From Candidatus Paracaedibacteraceae bacterium (lineage in GTDB: Bacteria; Pseudomonadota; Alphaproteobacteria; Paracaedibacterales; CAIOTO01), in the NCBI GenBank assembly GCA_030694965.1, contig JAUYTZ010000018.1:303757-367756 (forward strand): a DNA stretch of 64,000 bases, in the 5' to 3' direction. Below are positions 9,580 through 17,104 of the stretch, piece by piece. Under the pieces are notes generated by a model. The model was not told the DNA's origin, ran no database searches, and saw only the letters and a program-made list of their open reading frames with translations. Made by a program: the position numbers and the translations under genes. Each line of letters starts with the position of its first letter. The stretch's first letter is position 1.

Positions 9580-10362
9580 TTATCTCTTCACAAATTGGCA
9601 TAGTTTTTTATGAATGAGCTGAGGGCTAGCAATGATTCCAGTTCCGAGTGGAGTTATGATCCCTCCAGCTTCTTGCACAATAAGGGAGCCCGCAGACCAA
9701 TCCCAAGGAGATAGTTCATTTTCATAAAATCCATCAAAGCGACCACATGCAACCCAACAGAGATCTAAAACTGAGCTTCCACAACTCCTTATATCCCTTA
9801 CTTTTAGAAGTAGATCTGACATGATTTTCGTTTGATATAAGCGTTTTCTACGATTGTAAGAATATTCAGTTGATAGCAGAGCCTCGGAAAAGTCTTTTAT
9901 TTCATTTACTGCTATTTTGGAGTCATTAAGAACAGCACCATTATTTTTTATGGCTGAAAAGATCTCATTTCTTGCAATGTCATAAATAACTCCAACCTTA
10001 GGCTTCCAACACCACCCATCAAATTCTTCGCATGAGATACTAACTGCCCAGTGTGGAATTTTGTATATATAATTTATTGTTCCATCAAGTGGATCAAAAA
10101 CCCACCTCAAGCCGGTTTTAGACTTGATGTTAGTTCCTTCTTCTCCAATGATGCCATCATTGGGTCTTGCTTGCATTATGATATTTTTGATGACTGTTTC
10201 ACCTAATTTATCTGCGTCTGTGATCGGATTTGTATTGTCCGATTTAAATTCAACCTGTATTGGATGCGCATAAGATAAGATTTTTTGCCCTGCAGAAATA
10301 GCAGCTTTTGTGGCTAGTTCTAGTAATTCATTTTCATCATTGTTCGTCATACTACCCTTCAC
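9580..10362 (-). CDS. inositol monophosphatase family protein (SuhB-like)
   Basis: IMPase motifs IGEEG, DPLDGTINY and WDWSAG. Confidence 0.85.
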   Translation of the reverse strand: MKGSMTNNDENELLELATKAAISAGQKILSYAHPIQVEFKSDNTNPITDADKLGETVIKNIIMQARPNDGIIGEEGTNIKSKTGLRWVFDPLDGTINYIYKIPHWAVSISCEEFDGWCWKPKVGVIYDIARNEIFSAIKNNGAVLNDSKIAVNEIKDFSEALLSTEYSYNRRKRLYQTKIMSDLLLKVRDIRSCGSSVLDLCWVACGRFDGFYENELSPWDWSAGSLIVQEAGGIITPLGTGIIASPQLIHKKLCQFVKR

Positions 10363-10561
10363 TTTTAATCAACAGTTTGTTTTCTTTCATCACCTATTCA
10401 GTAGCCTGTTATAGCCGGGCTTATCCGGTTGCACTTTATCAGTTTAAGATAAATATTCTATCGTTTTTTAGGGCAGCGGATGATAGGATGATTAGGCATA
10501 ATAATATCAATTTTAAAGTTTCTCATTTGTATTTCCTTAGTATTTATATAATACACAATTA

Positions 10562-13500
10562 TTACGGGAGAGACCAATTAAGGATTTGTTCAAGGTATTG
10601 CTCAAAATATTTAGCAATATTTTGGATGCAGCTGTCAGAAATCAAACTTGAGCGCCATGATATAATAAGGCATAAGTTTCCATTTTCTTTTGGCCATATT
10701 TCAGCATGAAGTTCCAGAGGTAGTTCTAGGTAAGGTTGGCGAATAAACTCTGTTTTTAATTCTTTTAAAACTAATTTAGGAGACGGGTTGTCTTGAAGGG
10801 CAAAAAGCGTTTGAAACAAAGGGGGTCTTCCAGTTTTTTGTGACTTTATTATCTGTAAAATCTGCGTCAATGGAATATCTTGATTTGCTAATGAGCGTTG
10901 GATAAGGCGACTCGTTTCTTTTAGTCCTAAAATCCCATTTTTAAATATTTTTTTCGTTATTCTAGGGAAAAGCATATTTAAATGACAATTTATTGTATTT
11001 TTATTTATAAAGTGATTACGTTGTCTTATTGGAATGCCAACACAAAAATCGGTTTGACTCGTGACTTTTTTTAAAGCATGGATCCATGCGTGAAAGAGCA
11101 CCTCAAATCGACTAACTCTATTTTTTAAAGCAAACTCGTCAATAATTTCTGTTTTTGCGCTAAGAATAAGTGTGACGTTTTCTGCATGTAAATTAAAATC
11201 GTTTTGAGGTTTATTAAAATTTTGTGGCCATATAATTTCTGGGGTGCCCTCAAGATTTTTAGAAAAATCTTTCACTTCTTTTAATACCTCAATATCTAAG
11301 CTTGGATAGATTGATAAAGGAGAGATCAATTTTGAGCTTTTGTAGTGATTTGAAAAATTAGGAGAGTTAGAAAATATATTATACCCCTCTGATAGGCTTT
11401 CTGCCAATAAGTGTTCAGAATAACCATCGAAAGCTATATGATGGATAGCGCAGCCAAAAAAATACTCTTTGGAATTAGCAAGGGAAATGACCGCTGTTTT
11501 CCAAATTTTTCCTTCAAGTGGATTGAGATCTTTTGAAAGTTCTGAGCGTAAACTATTTACTGCAAATTCTGCTGATTCCTCACTTGGTAAAATTTCTAAG
11601 ACAGGAAAGGGAACAGATGTGCTTTTGTCACTAGAATCAAAATCAAGTAAGTATTTAGATCTCAATGATTTGTTATTAATATGAACATAGTTTATAGCTT
11701 CTTTTAGAATGCTCAAGCTTAAATCACCTTCTATTTTCCAAGTCATCAGGCACCTTGATGCAAGATTTGATGGATTAACAAGATGCTGAGTTAAATACAT
11801 TAATTGCATTTGATTCATTTTATTACTATCAAAATACACGTGCATATTAACATTGTTTTGATTATCCTTTAAAAATTCACCTAAAGAACTAATTGTGTGG
11901 TGTTTGTAAATTTTTGATAAAGAAATAGAGCAATTAAGCTCTTTGCCAAGCCGTGAACACAACTGTCCCATATTAAGAGAATTTAATCCTAGTTGACTGA
12001 ATGGAACATCTACAGGGAAATAATCTTGGTTTAAAATTTGGCTTAGTATTTTCCCTATAGTTTTTTCTATCGGAGTTTTATAGCTTTCATTTGAGTGATA
12101 CGTGTTGTTTTTTGTTTCTAACATTGACGATTCAATTAATGCTTGTTCATCAAGTTTACCTTGCGGAGTCAGTGGAAATGAGTCGACAGGTATCACCTTC
12201 GATGGGCATTGATAAGCTACTAGTTTGGATTTTAATTGCTGATGTGCGTCATGTAACTTATCGCCTAACTTTAAGGGGATGCAAAAAGCTATTAATTCTT
12301 GTGATGTTGTTGTTGGGTTGTTTTTGGAAACTACTCTGCAAGATTTGATATTATGCAAGTGTTGTTCGATTTGATGTTCGACATCTGAAAGCTCAATCCG
12401 ATGGCCGTGAACTTTAACTTGACGATCATTTCGACCGTGGAAATGTAATAAATTATTTTTCCAAAAACCTAAATCACCTGTAGAATAAACCCTTTTGGTA
12501 ACACCTTCTATTGCAATTTCTTTAAATTTATTATGTGTTAATCGTGGGTCATTGAGATATCCAATTGCTAACCCAGTGCCGTTAATGTAAATCTGACCTA
12601 CTTCATCATCAGCGCAAATTTCCATTTTTTCATTTAAAATATACACTTGCGTTTGTGGAACTGGTGTGCCAATTGGAATTCCAGATGAAATTTCACAGTC
12701 GCTTAAGCTGATATGGTGAGTTGTAGTAAAAATAGTGCTTTCAACAGGACCGTAACCATTTATAAGTTTTATTTGAGGATGACGAGTTAAAAAAAGTTTC
12801 ACATGTGTAGGCGAAAGCCGCTCTCCACCGATCATGAGTTGCTTAAGTCCTGTAAATGAATTTATGTCATCTTCAACACTTATATTAAATAGGCTGCTTG
12901 TTATCCAGGCTGTATTAACTCCATACTTACTGATTCCTTTTCGAAGTTCCGCAGAAGAAAGATAAGGTTCATCTATTAGCCATGCTGACCCACCATTAAC
13001 TAAAGCCCCCCACAACTCAAGAGAAAGTGCATCCCAAGGTAATGCAGCAGCTAGAGGAATAATGGTGCTAGAATTAAAATCAACAAAATTATTTTCTTTA
13101 AATAGCCTCATTGTTCCTTTATGTGTAGAGATAACGCCTTTTGGCTCTCCGGTAGTGCCTGAAGTGAAGAAAACTGTGGAAGGAGACGAAGGGTTGACGT
13201 CTATGCTTGGAAATGTTTTTTCTATTGTGTTATGCGGAATTATAGGTGGTAAGATATTGATCCCATTAAAAGATGATGACTTATTTTTAGTGATTATAAA
13301 CTTTGGTTTTAGTGCATTTATAACTTTTTGTATTCTGCTTTTTGGCCAGCATGGATCAATAAGTGTATAGGCTGCGCCTGCTTTAAGAACAGCAAGTAGC
13401 GATATAACTAAGCTTGGTGACCTTGGAAGTAAAATTGGCACAAAAGATCCTATATCCACTCCGCTACTTATTATTTGGTTTGCCAGAAAGGAAGCAGAGT

Positions 13501-13651
13501 TATTTAATTCATAATATGATAATTTTTTTTCTTTCCATATGAGAGCTGTAGCTTTGGGGGTTCTATGAGCATGACTTTCGAACGCAAAATGTAGGGAATT
13601 AAAACCCTCTAGTTGTTTGTTTGATAGTTTATTTTTGCTTTTTTGTAACAT
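10562..13651 (-). CDS. Non-ribosomal peptide synthetase, single module A-T-C (terminal condensation domain, no TE/R)
   Basis: A-domain cores: LKAGAAYTLIDP (A2), FFTSGTTGEPKGV (A3), NGYGPVEST (A5), YSTGDLG (A7), GRNDRQVKVHGHRIEL (A8), PLTPQGKLD (A10). T domain LGLNSL (Ser558). C domain HHIAFDGYS (His737/His738, Asp742). Confidence 0.92.
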   Translation of the reverse strand: MLQKSKNKLSNKQLEGFNSLHFAFESHAHRTPKATALIWKEKKLSYYELNNSASFLANQIISSGVDIGSFVPILLPRSPSLVISLLAVLKAGAAYTLIDPCWPKSRIQKVINALKPKFIITKNKSSSFNGINILPPIIPHNTIEKTFPSIDVNPSSPSTVFFTSGTTGEPKGVISTHKGTMRLFKENNFVDFNSSTIIPLAAALPWDALSLELWGALVNGGSAWLIDEPYLSSAELRKGISKYGVNTAWITSSLFNISVEDDINSFTGLKQLMIGGERLSPTHVKLFLTRHPQIKLINGYGPVESTIFTTTHHISLSDCEISSGIPIGTPVPQTQVYILNEKMEICADDEVGQIYINGTGLAIGYLNDPRLTHNKFKEIAIEGVTKRVYSTGDLGFWKNNLLHFHGRNDRQVKVHGHRIELSDVEHQIEQHLHNIKSCRVVSKNNPTTTSQELIAFCIPLKLGDKLHDAHQQLKSKLVAYQCPSKVIPVDSFPLTPQGKLDEQALIESSMLETKNNTYHSNESYKTPIEKTIGKILSQILNQDYFPVDVPFSQLGLNSLNMGQLCSRLGKELNCSISLSKIYKHHTISSLGEFLKDNQNNVNMHVYFDSNKMNQMQLMYLTQHLVNPSNLASRCLMTWKIEGDLSLSILKEAINYVHINNKSLRSKYLLDFDSSDKSTSVPFPVLEILPSEESAEFAVNSLRSELSKDLNPLEGKIWKTAVISLANSKEYFFGCAIHHIAFDGYSEHLLAESLSEGYNIFSNSPNFSNHYKSSKLISPLSIYPSLDIEVLKEVKDFSKNLEGTPEIIWPQNFNKPQNDFNLHAENVTLILSAKTEIIDEFALKNRVSRFEVLFHAWIHALKKVTSQTDFCVGIPIRQRNHFINKNTINCHLNMLFPRITKKIFKNGILGLKETSRLIQRSLANQDIPLTQILQIIKSQKTGRPPLFQTLFALQDNPSPKLVLKELKTEFIRQPYLELPLELHAEIWPKENGNLCLIISWRSSLISDSCIQNIAKYFEQYLEQILNWSLP

Positions 13652-13718
13652 TTCTCGACTTCACAAAATATAAAAATGAATATCAGATATTGATTTTATT
13701 ATTAAAATTTTTTTAAGT

Positions 13719-14978
13719 TCATGTTGAGATTCCAGCCGTATTTCTTAGATTAAATTCTGGATTTAAATTATATATTAACACGACATTTTTACTCACTCGA
13801 TCTACCTCTTTGTATACAGCTGAAGCATATTTATCTGAGAATTTAGGAATTGAATTTAAAACCTTACATTCTTCAATTTCTTTATCACTAAACGGAAGCG
13901 CCATACCGATAAGAGGGTAAATCTCTATCGCAGCATGAGTATCAAACTGCTTGGTGCGTTGTGAATCTAAAATTTCATTTGCTTCATTGAGTTCAAGCCC
14001 TACAATCAGTGTATCTTTGCCATTTACAAATCCACGCGCAATACCTAAATGCCCTTTTAAATAACTCATTACTTTTCTTCGATCTTCCATAAAATCTAAA
14101 TAAAGAGAGTTCGCTTCAACATCTCCGAAGCAATGGGCCAATTCAACATCAGGTGAAGGCCATTTCATAAGAAATCGACGGTAGTTGAGAGTTTCGGTCT
14201 TACGATTTTCTTCGGGATCGCGGGCATGTGGAAGGTGAATAGCCCTCACTTTTTCAGAAAGAATAATAGGGATTTTATTTTTGCATATCCGGTAACTCCA
14301 TTCCAGATCATCAACGCCCCAACCCTGAAAAGTTTCATCGAAATATAGATCTAGTTCTCGAACTACCTCAAGCGGTAAAGCAATAAAACCCGTCCACCCA
14401 AATGCCCATGGAATAACGTGCCTCACTTGAAAACGTGGATCTTTTGGTTTTCCTGTAGAGTTTTCAAGATCCATTATAGCATCTTGATAGTTTTCGTAAG
14501 GTTTTACTTGAACACTTTCTATAAAGCCTTCATTGTTATTTTCGTAGCCAATAACTTGTCCAACAACGCATATTCTTTGTTCGAACGCAAAGTGAGTGTC
14601 ATAGAGGTTTTGCAAAGCATTTGGTGGTAAAAGCGTGTCTGCATCCATTTGTACAATAACTTGGCCGGTGGCTTGGCGCATTGCAAGGTTTCTTGCCCAA
14701 GGAATCATAAAATTATCAGGAGACAAGACTGTAATAATATTAATTTTATTTATGTACTTATTGCATAAAGAGATGAGGTTCTCGCAATAATCCATGGCTC
14801 CAATAATTACTTCAAAGTCATCTTTATGCATTGTTTGATGGGCTAAGGCTTCTAAAACTACAGCAATATTTTCTAATCTTTGTTTGTACGGAATTGAAAC
14901 ACTTAGCTTTTTTTGATTTATTTTCCCCCTTACTATTTTATGTGAGACGTTAAACTGCTCTTTAAAATTTAGCTTCAT
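13719..14978 (-). CDS. family 2 glycosyltransferase (GT-A fold) with extra C-terminal domain
   Basis: LSVSIPY N-terminal strand, DxD motif QMDADT, GWGVDDLEWSYR block as in the galactosyltransferase-like C-terminal region. About 130 additional C-terminal residues are unassigned. Confidence 0.75.
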   Translation of the reverse strand: MKLNFKEQFNVSHKIVRGKINQKKLSVSIPYKQRLENIAVVLEALAHQTMHKDDFEVIIGAMDYCENLISLCNKYINKINIITVLSPDNFMIPWARNLAMRQATGQVIVQMDADTLLPPNALQNLYDTHFAFEQRICVVGQVIGYENNNEGFIESVQVKPYENYQDAIMDLENSTGKPKDPRFQVRHVIPWAFGWTGFIALPLEVVRELDLYFDETFQGWGVDDLEWSYRICKNKIPIILSEKVRAIHLPHARDPEENRKTETLNYRRFLMKWPSPDVELAHCFGDVEANSLYLDFMEDRRKVMSYLKGHLGIARGFVNGKDTLIVGLELNEANEILDSQRTKQFDTHAAIEIYPLIGMALPFSDKEIEECKVLNSIPKFSDKYASAVYKEVDRVSKNVVLIYNLNPEFNLRNTAGIST

Positions 14979-15032
14979 TATGTTGCTCCTTTTTAATTAA
15001 CTTGTTCTACAAAGAATTATTTTAATTATGGG

Positions 15033-15455
15033 TTATAGGCCAAATATCACTGTTCCACGTTCGTCTGCTTTCAAAGCAGGATTGTATATAATTTCCCAAA
15101 TATGATCATCTGGATCTGCTACGTATCCTCGAATTCCTCCATGTGGAGGGGCATCAGCAACTCTCAGAATTTTACCGCCATAATTTGATAGTATATTAAT
15201 ATATTTTTTAACTTCATCGGGCGATTTAACAAGATAAGCAAGTGTAATACTCCCACCTCTCGGCAGCTTAGATTTTGTTACGTCTTTTTCCAACTCAGAT
15301 TGCAGCCAAGTGCTAAGAATAAAACCATTCATTTGGTACATCGCCGTATTATCATCTTCTTTAACGGGAGTCCAACCAAAGCCTTTGATGTAAAATTTTT
15401 TGGAAAGGCTTAAATCCTGCACACCTAAAGTTATAATTGCTATTTGTTGCTTCAT
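15033..15455 (-). CDS. VOC (glyoxalase / bleomycin-resistance) family protein
   Basis: IITLGVQDLSLSKKFYIKGFGW N-terminal beta-alpha-beta-beta-beta module and C-terminal DPDDHIWEI. The ATG at 15455 is preferred over the TTG at 15467. Confidence 0.75.
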   Translation of the reverse strand: MKQQIAIITLGVQDLSLSKKFYIKGFGWTPVKEDDNTAMYQMNGFILSTWLQSELEKDVTKSKLPRGGSITLAYLVKSPDEVKKYINILSNYGGKILRVADAPPHGGIRGYVADPDDHIWEIIYNPALKADERGTVIFGL

Positions 15456-15490
15456 AATCAAATCCAAATTATATAATTATTGTTTTATTA

Positions 15491-16567
15491 TCAGTTATTT
15501 TTGAAATCTTCCATAACTTCTCTTATGACTTTTTGAGCCAATGAGTTTTCTACGTTGTTTGAATTAGATAACCCTGCTGATATAATAAGTGCTTTCCAAA
15601 AAGCCCAAGCGCGACCTCGATGCCATGTTCTATTGTCAATAGCAAGTCGGTCACGAAATACTTTGCGGCTTTTAGCATCAAAAAATGTCCACGCAATAGC
15701 AAAGTCACAAGCTGGATCACCAACAGAAAGTAATCCAAAGTCTATAACAGCTCTCAGGTGCCCATTTTGCAAAATTAAGTTGCCAGGGCTAATATCACCA
15801 TGAACCCAAACTGGGGGATTCTCCCATTTAGTTGTTGCTCCTAAATCCCAAATTCTTTTGGCTACTTTGCTGTCTAAGGAGGATTCAAGCACTTTAATGG
15901 CATTGATTGCCTCATGCTCATAGACTGAAATATCTCCTCCGCGATAGTAATTTTGCTTGCCAGCTGGAGGTCCGTTTGTGGGGTTCATTTTATATAACAC
16001 AGAAAGGAATCTTGCAAGATCATTCGCAAGCTTGTTTTTATCAGCCTGTTTGCTGATTGCTGCTGTTTCACCAGGAATCCAATTATAAATTGACCAATCC
16101 CACATGTAACCATGACCAGGTTTTCCTAGGCCAAGAGGTGTAGGTATTGTAAGAGGAAGCTTAGAAGAGAGAAATGGAAGCCATTTTTGTTCTTTTTTTA
16201 CTTGGTTGGCATATGATTCGCCACTAGGAAACCTTAATATCATTTCTTGACCAAGATGATAGGTTCTGTTATCCCATCCGCTTTCATTTACTGGAACAAT
16301 GGGTAAATGAGCCCAATGAGGAAATTGTTCTTCAACAAGAATTTTAGCGGTTACTGGATCAATAATATCTTTCATATTTTCTCGGTTTAAGCTCATACTT
16401 CTCATATTAATAATTCTACTTTTTTGAAAACAATTACTTCCTAAATTTAATAATTTAAAAGGTCCTGCACATGTATGTTTTGGCATTACAATTATTCCAA
16501 AAGATATAATAGAGAAACTTAGAATTGAAATAAACCATTTGCTAGTTTTTTGCGCTATGTAAAACAT
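15491..16567 (-). CDS. aminoglycoside-phosphotransferase-fold (APH/choline-kinase family) kinase; start uncertain
   Basis: Catalytic loop HGDISPGNLIL and VIDFG...GDPACD, with an N-lobe GWDNRTYHLG. The first ~30 codons are hydrophobic (KWFISILSFSIISFGIIVM). The real start may be an internal Met, for example at 16375. Confidence 0.8.
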   Translation of the reverse strand: MFYIAQKTSKWFISILSFSIISFGIIVMPKHTCAGPFKLLNLGSNCFQKSRIINMRSMSLNRENMKDIIDPVTAKILVEEQFPHWAHLPIVPVNESGWDNRTYHLGQEMILRFPSGESYANQVKKEQKWLPFLSSKLPLTIPTPLGLGKPGHGYMWDWSIYNWIPGETAAISKQADKNKLANDLARFLSVLYKMNPTNGPPAGKQNYYRGGDISVYEHEAINAIKVLESSLDSKVAKRIWDLGATTKWENPPVWVHGDISPGNLILQNGHLRAVIDFGLLSVGDPACDFAIAWTFFDAKSRKVFRDRLAIDNRTWHRGRAWAFWKALIISAGLSNSNNVENSLAQKVIREVMEDFKNN

Positions 16568-16677
16568 TCTAATAGCAACCTTTCTAAGTTTGAGGTGCCT
16601 CTAAGGACTGTGTGAAGACAAGGTCAAATGTAAGAAAATATTCTTTCTATCAATTTGATATGCCTAATATTTTTTTA

Positions 16678-16748
16678 TGAGTGATTATTATCATTGCCTT
16701 TATTTGGTCACAAGTGGAAAAGGGAATTTAAATTCTCTTAAGTATTAA
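16678..16748 (-). promoter_or_regulatory. Shared leader/promoter module, copy B (upstream of the kinase-VOC-GT2-NRPS operon)
   Basis: The reverse complement aligns to 5251-5321. Core 16689-16717 reads ccacttgtgaccaaataaaggcaatgata on the minus strand, with TTGTGA-N17-TAATAA. Collinear blocks (aggcat, agtcctta, ttagaaaggtt) continue down to about 16570. Confidence 0.6.
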
Positions 16749-17104
16749 GGCGCTATCAATTCTTACTTTAATCTTAAGAGCATGCTTGTTTGTATTTTAA
16801 TTTTTTGCGTTTATGTAAAGTGAAATGGTGAACACTAAAAAGAATGTAGTATGTAAATGCCACATGGGGTTTTTTGGAAAAAATTATCATGTTAAGGATT
16901 GTAGGTCATTAGAATGTAAATAAAATGTTGCTTTTTCTGAGTTTGAACTTCCATTTTAAATAAATTGCAATTTAAACCGCAATTTAATCTGCGATGCAGT
17001 TATTTTAAAATTAAAATTAAAATTAAAAAAATATTAAAAATTCAACCTATATAAAAATAACGACGTGGTACATTTTTCTTAGTGATAAAACGATTATTAA
17101 TGCT

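Noticed and set aside
15491-16567. APH-fold kinase as an acquired clinical aminoglycoside-resistance gene
   Set aside because: The fold-level motifs do not define the substrate. Its operon position ahead of the VOC, GT2 and NRPS genes argues for a cluster-specific role.
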